Source: Acidobacteria bacterium UBA2161 (GTDB taxonomy: Bacteria > Acidobacteriota > Vicinamibacteria > Vicinamibacterales > UBA823). Taken from it: DNA of 64,000 nt. Positions 28,545-37,299 of this stretch are shown in pieces. The notes beneath the pieces were generated by a model, which saw only the letters and a program-made list of their open reading frames with translations, did no database searches and was not told the DNA's origin. The DNA is taken from NCBI GenBank assembly GCA_002328835.1, contig DCWN01000042.1:177493-241492 (forward strand). The letters run 5' to 3'. Numbering within the stretch: position 1 is the stretch's first letter; every line of letters begins with the position of its first letter. Made by a program: the position numbers and the translations under genes.

Positions 28545-29693
28545 ATGTCATCGTTTCGAGTCCTGAAGCCCGTCTTGTTCATCTCTGCCGTCTTCCTGCT
28601 GGCCGGCTGCGCCTCCGAATCGGGTGCGCCGGAGGCGATACCGGAGGCCGCGGCGCCCGTCGCCAGCGGCAGCCTGATCACAGGCGAGGGTCTGCCGAAC
28701 CCGGCGCCGAACGAGACACGGAACTGGGGCACCCTGCCCGAGGGCCGCGAATGGGGATCGACGGCCGGCATCGACATCGACCCGATCGACGGGCACATCT
28801 GGGCCTACGAGCGCTGCGGCGCGGGCGCGCTCAGCGGGGGCCGGGTCGACTGCGAGACGAACACGGTTGCCCCGATCTTCAAGTTCGATCGGAATACCGG
28901 TGAGATCCTGGCCAACATCGGCGCCGACGTCTTCGTCACGCCGCACGGCATCCACGTCGACGACGATGGGAACGTCTGGGTGACCGACTTCGCCGGCAAC
29001 CAGGCAGGCACCCGGGGACACCAGGTTCACAAGTTCAGCCCCGACGGCGAACTGCTGATGTCACTTGGTGTCGCGGGCCAGCCGGGCAGCGAGCCTGGCC
29101 AGTTCAATCAGCCCAACGACGTGATCGTTGGACCGGACGGCAGTATCTACGTGAGCGACGGACACAACGGGCAGAACCGCCCGCCGCACCCGGAGGGTTC
29201 GACCGGGCGGATCATCAAGTTCGACGCCGAGGGCAACTACCTGACGGAGTGGGGCCAGATCGGCTCGCTGCACGGCGAGTTCCGCACCCCACACGCCCTC
29301 GAGTTCGACGATCAGGGTCGCCTCTGGGTCGCCGACCGCGGGAACCACCGGATCGAGATCTTCGACCAGGAAGGGAACTACCTCGAGTCGCGCTACGCCT
29401 ACGGACGGATCAGCGGCATCTTCATCCATGAGGGGATGCTCTACGCGATCGACTCCGAGTCGAGCCCGAACAACCACTTCCCGTGGACGAACGGCGTCCG
29501 GATCGGCCCCCTCGACGAAGACGTCGTCACCGGCTACATCCCGCCGCACGACGCGGAGAGCCGGCCGTACCAGGGCGCGGCGGGTGAAGGTGTCGCGGTC
29601 GACGCGGATGGCAACGTGTACGCCGCCGAGGGTCCGAACTCGCTGCGTTTCGCCGGCGGCGCGTTCACGAAGTACTCGGTCGCCGGGCAGTAG
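28545..29693 (+). CDS. NHL-repeat / peptidylglycine-amidating-lyase-like beta-propeller lipoprotein
   Basis: In-frame ATG at 28545 of track ORF 28146..29693, preceded by AAGGGGG. Lipobox FLLAGC. Blades TPHGIHVDDDGNVWVTD, QPNDVIVGPDGSIYVSDGH, TPHALEFDDQGRLWVADRGNHRIEIF. Confidence 0.7.
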   Translation: MSSFRVLKPVLFISAVFLLAGCASESGAPEAIPEAAAPVASGSLITGEGLPNPAPNETRNWGTLPEGREWGSTAGIDIDPIDGHIWAYERCGAGALSGGRVDCETNTVAPIFKFDRNTGEILANIGADVFVTPHGIHVDDDGNVWVTDFAGNQAGTRGHQVHKFSPDGELLMSLGVAGQPGSEPGQFNQPNDVIVGPDGSIYVSDGHNGQNRPPHPEGSTGRIIKFDAEGNYLTEWGQIGSLHGEFRTPHALEFDDQGRLWVADRGNHRIEIFDQEGNYLESRYAYGRISGIFIHEGMLYAIDSESSPNNHFPWTNGVRIGPLDEDVVTGYIPPHDAESRPYQGAAGEGVAVDADGNVYAAEGPNSLRFAGGAFTKYSVAGQ

Positions 29694-29695
29694 AC

Positions 29696-31222
29696 GTGGC
29701 GCCCGGCGAACCCCGGTCGTCGTCGATTCCGCCGACCGACCCCGACCGGCGCCGGCTGCTCGTCGGCGCCGGTGCCGGCGCCGCCACCATGCTGTTCGAT
29801 CACGGCGGCGTGCACGCGCAGACACAGGGCGACACCGTCGTCTTCACGCACACCACGGTGGTGAACGCCGATGGCGTGCAGAACGACGTGGCCCTTGCCG
29901 TCGAGGGCAGCGTGATCGTGGCGATCGGCCCTACCGACGACGTCCTCCAGGCGTATCCGCGGGCCGAGGTGTACGATGGCCGGCGCAAGGCGCTCTTTCC
30001 GGGCCTCATCAACTGCCACGCGCACATGGGGGCCGTCCTGGCCCGCGGCTTCAACGAGGACTTCGGCTTCCCGAACTCCTATCGCCTGGCGCTCTCCCCC
30101 GGGAGCCTGCTCGAAGGCGAGGAAGCCACCTTGATGGTCACCGTGGCGGCACTCGAAGCGATTCGCACGGGGACGACAACCATCGTCGAATACACGGGGA
30201 ACATCGCACGGGACGCCGGGGCGCTGGCCGATAGCGGCCTCCGCTGCGTCCTCGCCGAATCGGTCCGGGACAGCGAGAACGTCGCCGGCCCGCTCTCTCC
30301 GGAACGGCTCGCCGCGAGCGAGACGCCGCGGTTCTCGCCCGACCGGCGGAACGCGGGGTTGCAGCGGATCGAGGACCTCTTCAGCGCGTGGCACGGCGCG
30401 CGGGATGGACGGATCTCGGTCTTCCCCGCAGCCGCGCTCACCGAAACATCGTCACCGGAACTCCTGCAGGCCGTCCGCGCCTTCGCCGAGGCGCACGACG
30501 TCGGCTACACGATCCATCTGAACCAGAGTCGTGCCGAGTTCGAGTTCATGCAGCGCTATCACGGCGTTCGGCCGACGGCCTACCTCGACCAGCACGACTT
30601 CCTCGGCCCCCGATTGTTCGCGGCGCACGCCCGGTACGTCGACGCGGGCGAGATCGCGATGCTGGCCCGCTCCGGGACGATCATCTCGCATCAGGCGGCC
30701 ATGGCGGCGAACCGCGGGGTGAGCCCGCCGGTCCCAGCGCTGCGGGCCGCCGGCTGCCCGATCGCACTCGGTACCGACAACAACACGAACGACCTGTTCG
30801 AGGTGATGCGGACCGCGCTTCGAACGGAACGGATCCGGCGCGACGACGAGCGGCCCGGCCTCCAGCCGCAGCCTGAGGACATCCTCGCCGACGCGACCGA
30901 GAACGGCGCGCGCGCCGTCCACCAGCGTGAGAGCCTTGGAACGCTCGAGGTCGGCAAGAAGGCCGATCTCCTCGTGCTGGATGCGCTGAAGGCCCACCTG
31001 GTTCCGGCCGGCCGGATCGCCTCGGCGTGGATCCACAACGGTCAACCGTCCGACATCGAGTCCTCGATGATCGACGGCCGCTTCGTCATGCGCGACCACC
31101 GCGTTCTGACGATGGACGAGGACGCCGTCCTCGACGAGGCCGACCGGGTCGGGCGCCGCATCTGGAACCGGGTGCAGGCGGAGAGCCCGGTCAGGGTGCC
31201 CCGCCTCCCGCGTCCGGTCTGA
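29696..31222 (+). CDS. Amidohydrolase-superfamily (ATZ/TRZ-like) protein with Tat leader
   Basis: Leader DPDRRRLLVGAGAGAATMLF. Metal motif GLINCHAHMG. The core is deaminase/chlorohydrolase-like. It starts 2 nt after the previous stop. Confidence 0.7.
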   Translation: MAPGEPRSSSIPPTDPDRRRLLVGAGAGAATMLFDHGGVHAQTQGDTVVFTHTTVVNADGVQNDVALAVEGSVIVAIGPTDDVLQAYPRAEVYDGRRKALFPGLINCHAHMGAVLARGFNEDFGFPNSYRLALSPGSLLEGEEATLMVTVAALEAIRTGTTTIVEYTGNIARDAGALADSGLRCVLAESVRDSENVAGPLSPERLAASETPRFSPDRRNAGLQRIEDLFSAWHGARDGRISVFPAAALTETSSPELLQAVRAFAEAHDVGYTIHLNQSRAEFEFMQRYHGVRPTAYLDQHDFLGPRLFAAHARYVDAGEIAMLARSGTIISHQAAMAANRGVSPPVPALRAAGCPIALGTDNNTNDLFEVMRTALRTERIRRDDERPGLQPQPEDILADATENGARAVHQRESLGTLEVGKKADLLVLDALKAHLVPAGRIASAWIHNGQPSDIESSMIDGRFVMRDHRVLTMDEDAVLDEADRVGRRIWNRVQAESPVRVPRLPRPV

Positions 31223-31275
31223 ACGCCGGAGGGCTGGCGAAGCCTCCTCAGTTCGCTAGCGGTAGTCGGCGCCGG

Positions 31276-31515
31276 TCAGGCTGTTGAGCACCGACAGCTG
31301 CCAGTCGCGCAGCTGAAGTTCCAGCCCCTCCACAACGGCGGGCTCGCGCCCGGCCATTCGATGAGGCCCGCCACCCTGATGCCGCCCTCGTACATCGTCC
31401 CCTTCAGACCCCTGAGAACGATGTTGGGCGGGTCAGCGCGCTGCGCCCGCGGCACCGCCGCCAGCAGGACGCCGAGCATCAGGACGAGGCCAGGCGCCAG
31501 TCGGATCGAACGCAT
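31276..31515 (-). pseudogene. Sulfatase gene remnant (signal peptide joined directly to a C-terminal segment)
   Basis: MRSIRLAPGLVLMLGVLLAAVPRAQRADPPNIVL (sulfatase N-terminus) runs straight into RGLKGTMYEGGIRVAGLIEWPG (a late sulfatase motif). The CxPxR active-site region is missing. Downstream, the best continuation is in another frame. Confidence 0.5.
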
Positions 31516-31523
31516 CGCGTCGC

Positions 31524-32969
31524 TCAGGTGGTCTTGCCGAGCATCTGCTTGAGCCGGACCATCAAGCCGCCGGAGTGCGTCGGCGCCGCGGGCGCGTCCG
31601 GGTCTGGCTCCTCCTGGACGGTGACGGCCGGAAGGTCGAAGATCAGCGGACCCGACCGGTAGGTAATGACAGCTCGTTCGACGATGCTCTGCAGCTCGCG
31701 CACGTTGCCCGGCCAGTCATACGCGAGCAGCTGACGCTCGCCGGGTTCGGTCAGCGCTGGACAGGTGCGCTTCAGCGTCTCGGCCGCCTCCTGTAGATAG
31801 TAGGCCGCCAAGACGGAGATGTCGCCTCCCAGACGTCGCAACGGCGCAAGCTCGATCGAGAAGACGCTGATCTGTTCGTAGAAATCTTGACGCACACGAC
31901 CGGCTGCGACTTCCTGCTTGAGGTCGCGGTTCGTCGTCGCGACTACCCGCAGATCCACCGGGCGCTTCCGCTCCTCCCCAAGCCGTGCGCACTTCCCCGC
32001 CTGCAGCACCTCGACGAGCTTGCTCTGCATGTCGGGTGGAATCTCGCCCACTTCGTCCAGGAACAGCGTCCCCTTGTCGGCCAGTTCGAAACGGCCGGCG
32101 TGATCGCGCAGCGCGCCGATGAAGGTACCCCTCGCGTAGCCGAAGAACTCACGTTCGAACAGCTCAGCGGGCATCGTACCGCAGTTCACCTTGATCAGCG
32201 GCTTCCGCTTTCTCGGACTCAGGGTGTGGAGCGTGCGGGCGACCAACTCCTTTCCGGTCCCCGTCTCGCCACTGACGACGACATTCGACCGGGTCCGCGC
32301 GACCGATTCGATCGCTCGGCGCACACCCTTAATCGCCTCCGATTCGCCGAGAATGGCGCCGAACTTGTGCTCGGTGGTGATCTCTTCCTGCAGGTGAGAG
32401 TTCTCTTGCTCGAGCCTCGACCTCCTGGCCGCCAATTCCTCGTGGGCGAGCGTGTTCTCGACCGCGAGGGCGACCTGGCGCGCCACTTCCTCCAGGAAGC
32501 CGGTCTCGGCGTCGGAGTACCGATCGGGGAGGCGGCTTCCGACCTCAACACTGCCAAAGGCCTCACGCCGTCGCAACAGCGGCACGGCCACGTAGGACCG
32601 GATCCCTCGCTCGAGCAGACGATCTTCCAGTCCGACGCGGTGTTCCGCCTGAAGGTCCCGGCGGACCACCGGTCGCTTCTCGTCGTACAACCGCGCCAGG
32701 TGGCTCTCGCGGCGGGGGAAACGTCGCTCCGACTTCGGGACTGGCTCCGATTCCGAGGGATCGAAGATGGCCCGGACGTTGAGGCTCTCCTTGTTCTGAT
32801 CGAGCACGGTGAGACTGCCACGATCGAACGGAACGGCCCGGCCGAGGGCTTCGAAGATGGCGTCGTACAGCGACGGCTTGTCGAGGTGGGCGATGATGGC
32901 GGTACTGATCTCGAGGAGCTTCCCTAGTCGTTCCTCCCCCGAGCCGACCTCCTCAGCAGGCACCGCCAT
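31524..32969 (-). CDS. GAF-domain, sigma-54-interaction-type AAA+ regulator lacking a recognisable DNA-binding HTH
   Basis: In-frame ATG at 32969 of track ORF 31524..33302. GAF-like N-terminal half. Walker [10 protein letters not shown], Walker B LFLDEVGE, sensor II GNVRELQ. The GAFTGA position reads GTFIGA (32112-32129). Only about 45 residues follow the AAA+ core, with no Fis-type HTH. Confidence 0.75.
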   Translation of the reverse strand: MAVPAEEVGSGEERLGKLLEISTAIIAHLDKPSLYDAIFEALGRAVPFDRGSLTVLDQNKESLNVRAIFDPSESEPVPKSERRFPRRESHLARLYDEKRPVVRRDLQAEHRVGLEDRLLERGIRSYVAVPLLRRREAFGSVEVGSRLPDRYSDAETGFLEEVARQVALAVENTLAHEELAARRSRLEQENSHLQEEITTEHKFGAILGESEAIKGVRRAIESVARTRSNVVVSGETGTGKELVARTLHTLSPRKRKPLIKVNCGTMPAELFEREFFGYARGTFIGALRDHAGRFELADKGTLFLDEVGEIPPDMQSKLVEVLQAGKCARLGEERKRPVDLRVVATTNRDLKQEVAAGRVRQDFYEQISVFSIELAPLRRLGGDISVLAAYYLQEAAETLKRTCPALTEPGERQLLAYDWPGNVRELQSIVERAVITYRSGPLIFDLPAVTVQEEPDPDAPAAPTHSGGLMVRLKQMLGKTT

Positions 32970-33031
32970 CAGCGGGACTCTACCACCTGACGCGCCGCCC
33001 CACGGATTCTCCCACCGGCGGTCGCCGGCGG

Positions 33032-34258
33032 CTAGGGCTGCGACTCGGCCGGTGGCTGGATCTTCACGAGCCCCACGGTGTTCGAACTGCTCTGGTGAAT
33101 GAGCAGATCTCCGTCCTGGGTCACCCATGTCCGCCTGATGATGCCGACGCCCGAGGGGATCGCCCAGCTCTGGAATACCTCGGTCTCGGGATCGAAGCGC
33201 ACCAGCGCCTCCGGCCGCATCGCCGACTCGTTGTACCAGATGACGTCGTCGATGATGGCCACGGCGTAGGGGTGCGAGGTCGGCCCGCTGGGCGATGGCC
33301 ATTCCTTGATCTCGCCCGTCTCGGGGTTCAACCGGCCGAGCCGGCCCATCGTCGAGTTCCCATACCAGACCATCCCGTCGCTCGAGAGGGCAAGGCGGCG
33401 AATGCGCGTCTCGGCCTCGGCGATCTCGTAGAACCGGATCTCCATCGTGTCCGGATCCATCGCACCAATCTTGTTCGTGCCGTTGTAGGCGATCCAGAGC
33501 GTGCCATCCGGGCCGACCTGAATCCCGTAGGGGCGGGGCTCGGTCACAATCTCGGTGAGCTCGCCGCTCTCGGGGTCGAGGCGGCCGAGCATGCCGGCCT
33601 GCTGCGCCGTGAAGTAGAGCTGACCGTTGGGGTGGAACAGGCCGGTGTGCGGGTCGCGCGCCTCGGTCTTGTACTCGGTAATCACGCCGGTCCTCGGTTC
33701 CAGCCGGCCGAGCGTGGCGTTGCTGTTCCCGGTGTACCAGATGCTGCCGTCCTCATCGGCGATGAGGCTGTGAGGCCGCGCCTCGGGCGGAAGGTGGTAC
33801 TCCTCCATCTCCATCGTCTCCGGATCGATCCGGCCCGCGAGGCTCGCCCACATCCCGGTCCACCAGATCGATCCGTCCGGCGCCTCGATCGGATCCCGGC
33901 ACCGCTGCCCGAGCGTCGGGACCGTCCACTCGACGATCTCGATCTCGGTGTCGCCGGGAATCAGCGTCGGACGCCGGCCCGGCTTCTCGGGAAAGTGCGT
34001 GGCCAGATAGTCGGCGAGAGTCTCCTCTTGCGGCTCCGCCAGCTCCACCATCGTGGCCATGATCTTCCGCCATTCCTCCGCCGTGTCGTAGCCCTGGGAG
34101 CGCGTGATCGTGTTGAGCCCGTGGCAGCTCCCGCAGGCCGCCTCCGCCAGGAGCTTGCCCGCGCCGTCCGGAAGGGAGACCGGCCCCCGCTGGGCCTGGG
34201 CTGGCGCGGCGGTGCCGAACGCGAGAACCGTCAATGCAATAAGGCTACGAATCCACAT
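33032..34258 (-). CDS. Cytochrome c fused to a Vgb (streptogramin-lyase)-like beta-propeller
   Basis: Signal peptide MWIRSLIALTVLAFGTAAPAQAQ. Haem motif CGSCHG. Five or more repeats of the type DGSIWYTGNSNATLGRLEPRTGVITEY. Confidence 0.7.
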   Translation of the reverse strand: MWIRSLIALTVLAFGTAAPAQAQRGPVSLPDGAGKLLAEAACGSCHGLNTITRSQGYDTAEEWRKIMATMVELAEPQEETLADYLATHFPEKPGRRPTLIPGDTEIEIVEWTVPTLGQRCRDPIEAPDGSIWWTGMWASLAGRIDPETMEMEEYHLPPEARPHSLIADEDGSIWYTGNSNATLGRLEPRTGVITEYKTEARDPHTGLFHPNGQLYFTAQQAGMLGRLDPESGELTEIVTEPRPYGIQVGPDGTLWIAYNGTNKIGAMDPDTMEIRFYEIAEAETRIRRLALSSDGMVWYGNSTMGRLGRLNPETGEIKEWPSPSGPTSHPYAVAIIDDVIWYNESAMRPEALVRFDPETEVFQSWAIPSGVGIIRRTWVTQDGDLLIHQSSSNTVGLVKIQPPAESQP

Positions 34259-34369
34259 GAGCATCCCCTTTCCGTCCACTCAGGACGGGCGTCTGCCACC
34301 CACTGGAGCAGCGTACAATGTTCGTCGTAGCGCGGCAATCGGGAGTTCACGCCGGGCCGCGTGGTCACC

Positions 34370-35041
34370 ATGAAACGCTCCACGATCAACGCTCGAATCC
34401 GTGCCGCCATCGACCTGTTCGACACCCACCGGTTCGCCCTCCCGCCGTTCGCCTCGTGGAGCCCGGCGGCCTGGAGAGAGGCCGGCACGAAAGCCGACGA
34501 CATCCGGCGGTGCCGCCTCGGGTGGGATCTGACCGACTTCGACCGCGACGACTTCACCCGATGCGGCCTGCTGCTCTTCACGTTGCGGAACGGCCGGGCG
34601 ACCGCAAAGCCGATCGAAGGGGTGAAGCCCTACGCCGAGAAGATCATGATCGTCGGCGACGCGCAGGTCACACCCTGGCACTACCACCTGGTCAAGATGG
34701 AGGACATCATCAACCGCAGCGGCGGACGACTCGTCGTTGACGTCTGCCGGGCCGACGTGGAGGGCCGGTTGACCGACGACGCCGTCGAGGTCTCGATCGA
34801 CGGTGTTCGCCGCTCGGTCGCGGCCCGCGGCCGGATCGAGCTCTCGCCTGGCGAGAGCATCACGCTGCCGCCCAGGCTGGCCCATCAGTTCACAGCCGTC
34901 GGCGGCGCGGTGGTCGCCGGCGAGGTCTCGTCGCTGAACGACGACGAGACCGACAACTACTTCATCGATCCGGTTAGTCGGTTCCCGTCCATCGAGGAAG
35001 ACGAGCCGGCTGAGTACCTGCTCTGTACCGAGTACTCCTAG
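34370..35041 (+). CDS. D-lyxose/D-mannose-type cupin sugar isomerase
   Basis: MKRSTINARIRAAIDLFDTHRFALPPFASW..., GWDLTDF, YAEKIMIV, TPWHYH, and a C-terminal LLCTEY. It is colinear with D-lyxose isomerases and has no signal peptide. A TACAAT box lies at 34314-34319. Confidence 0.75.
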   Translation: MKRSTINARIRAAIDLFDTHRFALPPFASWSPAAWREAGTKADDIRRCRLGWDLTDFDRDDFTRCGLLLFTLRNGRATAKPIEGVKPYAEKIMIVGDAQVTPWHYHLVKMEDIINRSGGRLVVDVCRADVEGRLTDDAVEVSIDGVRRSVAARGRIELSPGESITLPPRLAHQFTAVGGAVVAGEVSSLNDDETDNYFIDPVSRFPSIEEDEPAEYLLCTEYS

Positions 35042-35044
35042 GAA

Positions 35045-36226
35045 TCACGGGTCCAGGGCCAGCCCGCCGTGCGAGGCGATGTCGCGAAGCCGCGCGGCAT
35101 GGCTCGGATTCGCGCCGATGATGTCGCGCAGGCGCTGCCGGACCTGCGCCTGCTCCGCTGCCGCCATCGCACCGGCCGCCGTGACCGCATCCGTCGCGGC
35201 GGCGTAGCAATCGTCGGGATACGTGATCGATCCGCACTCGGCCGTCAGATTCGCCAGGACGCCGGCCGCGCCCAACCGTGACGTCGACGCCCCACCCGAA
35301 CCGGTGCGGCCGAAGCGCTCTTCTGCCAGTTGAATCTCGGCCTGCGCACCTCGACGGATGTTCGCCGCTTCGGTGCCCGCCTGGAAACAGGTGAACGCCG
35401 GCCGGTCCGCCCAGCGGAGCGGCCCGCAGGCGTGAATCCCCGCCTCGAGAGCCGCGTCGGCGACTTCAGTGATCAGCGCCTCGTATTCGGCGTCGCCCTG
35501 CCCGAAGCCGGAAAAGTTTCCGAGGTCGCCGCTTGCGGCGAATAGTCCCGTGACACCGGGCAACTTCGCAATCTCGCGTGCGTTCTCGACACCCTCGAGC
35601 GTCTCGATCATCAGGAACAGGACGACGTTGTCGTTCCAGGTCTGCCGGTACCCGCCGGGCACGTCGTTCCACAATTCGCTCGGCCCCTGCCCGCCACCGG
35701 AGCTGCGCCGGCCGATCGGCGGAAAGTAGGTCCAGTCGATGGCGGCCTGCGCCTCCTCGACGCTGTCGACGGTCGGCACCACGATGACGAGCGAGCCCAT
35801 GTCGGTGGCATGTTGGATTTCACGCTCGTCCGCGTAGGCGACACGGACCCCTGGCGCGGCCGGGCCTGGGCAGGTCCGCCAGAGACGCGCCACCTGCTCC
35901 CAGGAGATCGCCTCGTGCTGCATCTCCACCCAGAGGAAGTCGTAGCCGGCGCCGGCCATGGCGCAGTAGGTGCGCGCATCGGTGGCACGGATGGTGCCGC
36001 CGATCATCGGGCCGCCGGCGATCAGCTTCCGCTTCGCCGGATTCCAGATCTCGGGATGCTCCCCGTCGGGCAGCTCGAAGCGCGCACCGTAGTCGAACTC
36101 CTCGGCTCTGAACCGTTGATCCGTCTGGGACGACTGGGCCCCCGCCGGACCAGCGCCCAGGCTGAGGCCGACCGCCACCGCGACGCACCCGACACCGACG
36201 AACCCGAATCTGTTTCCAAGTAGCAT
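35045..36226 (-). CDS. HpcH/HpaI-family aldolase with signal peptide and C-terminal extension
   Basis: ATG 36226 is preceded by GAGGA. Signal peptide FVGVGCVAVAVGLSLGAGPAGAQ. Core GYDFLWVEMQHEAISWEQ, VRVAYADEREIQHATDMG, PPIGRRS, LMIETLEGVENAREIA. Confidence 0.7.
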   Translation of the reverse strand: MLLGNRFGFVGVGCVAVAVGLSLGAGPAGAQSSQTDQRFRAEEFDYGARFELPDGEHPEIWNPAKRKLIAGGPMIGGTIRATDARTYCAMAGAGYDFLWVEMQHEAISWEQVARLWRTCPGPAAPGVRVAYADEREIQHATDMGSLVIVVPTVDSVEEAQAAIDWTYFPPIGRRSSGGGQGPSELWNDVPGGYRQTWNDNVVLFLMIETLEGVENAREIAKLPGVTGLFAASGDLGNFSGFGQGDAEYEALITEVADAALEAGIHACGPLRWADRPAFTCFQAGTEAANIRRGAQAEIQLAEERFGRTGSGGASTSRLGAAGVLANLTAECGSITYPDDCYAAATDAVTAAGAMAAAEQAQVRQRLRDIIGANPSHAARLRDIASHGGLALDP

Positions 36227-36233
36227 GGCGTCC

Positions 36234-37208
36234 TCACTCGTGGTTTCTACCGTCTCCGGGGCTAGATGGCGCAACATAGTCCTTTCGGGCGCGCGGCTTC
36301 AGGCCCCGCTGGGAGACCCGGACGTCGATGTCGTGCACCTTGCCGTCGCGCTTCGGCGGCGCGAAGCCGATGAGGTACTGGCTGTGCAGCTCATCGGCAA
36401 CTCGCGCGAACGCGGCGCCGAGATCCTGCCCGAACCGGATCTCCGCATAGCCGCCACCCGTGTCCTCCGCCACGCGAGCGAGACCGGAATCGGGCATGTC
36501 GGCCAGTATCAACGCCCGAAGCCCGGCGGGACCAACCCCCGGCTGCATCGGCCGCGGTCCCCGGCTGCGCATCCCGATCGCGTAGATCATCACGTCTTCG
36601 TCGCGCGCCCGATCGATCACCTGGCCCTGGCTGGCGACGCCGCGACCGAAGCTGGGCAATCCGCTGTCCTTTCCGTCGCTCAGCACGAGGATGACCGGCC
36701 GCCCTTCGCCCCCCTCGGCGAACGCGTTCATCGCCTCGTCGAGCGCGCGCCAGAGCGGCGTCGGTGCATCGGCTGCGATCGCCTCCGGAAGCGCCTGCAA
36801 CAGCTCGTCGGGATCGCGGGTGAACGCAGGGCTGACGGCGATGTCGTGCCCGAACACGCCGACCCGCGCGAGATCCTCCGTGTCGAGCCTCGCCACGAGC
36901 TGTTCTGCCGCGCCGCGCAGTAGCGGCAGGTTGCCCTGCATGCTGCCAGACAGATCCAGCATGACGACCAACCGGACCGGTTGCGGCGTGTTGTCGAACA
37001 GGACGATCGGCTGCGTTCTGCCTTCATCCCGCACCTCGAAGTCGCCCTGCGTCAGGGTCGTGATGAGCCGGCCGTCACCATCGGTCACGGTCACGAATAC
37101 CCGGACGACGTCGCTCTCGCCGCGGAAGAGCGGCTGCTGCTGCTCGGCCATACCGAGAACAGCGAGGGCTCCCACAGTGAGGAATCCAGAGACCAGAAAC
37201 CGAGTCAC
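36234..37208 (-). CDS. VWA-domain protein (acidobacterial TIGR03436-like)
   Basis: GTG 37208 lies 8 nt after GAGGAG (an alternative GTG is at 37214). Signal peptide. MIDAS context MLDLSGSM, VILVLSDGKD, IYAIG. The tail SQYLIGFAPP...HDIDVRV is typical of the family. Confidence 0.75.
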   Translation of the reverse strand: MTRFLVSGFLTVGALAVLGMAEQQQPLFRGESDVVRVFVTVTDGDGRLITTLTQGDFEVRDEGRTQPIVLFDNTPQPVRLVVMLDLSGSMQGNLPLLRGAAEQLVARLDTEDLARVGVFGHDIAVSPAFTRDPDELLQALPEAIAADAPTPLWRALDEAMNAFAEGGEGRPVILVLSDGKDSGLPSFGRGVASQGQVIDRARDEDVMIYAIGMRSRGPRPMQPGVGPAGLRALILADMPDSGLARVAEDTGGGYAEIRFGQDLGAAFARVADELHSQYLIGFAPPKRDGKVHDIDVRVSQRGLKPRARKDYVAPSSPGDGRNHE

Positions 37209-37299
37209 GCGCACAGCTCCTCGATCGGTGTATAACGAGGCTGAAGGACAGACTACACGGAAACGCGGGCGCCCTGGTGATATCCCAAGGAGAGTCCAG

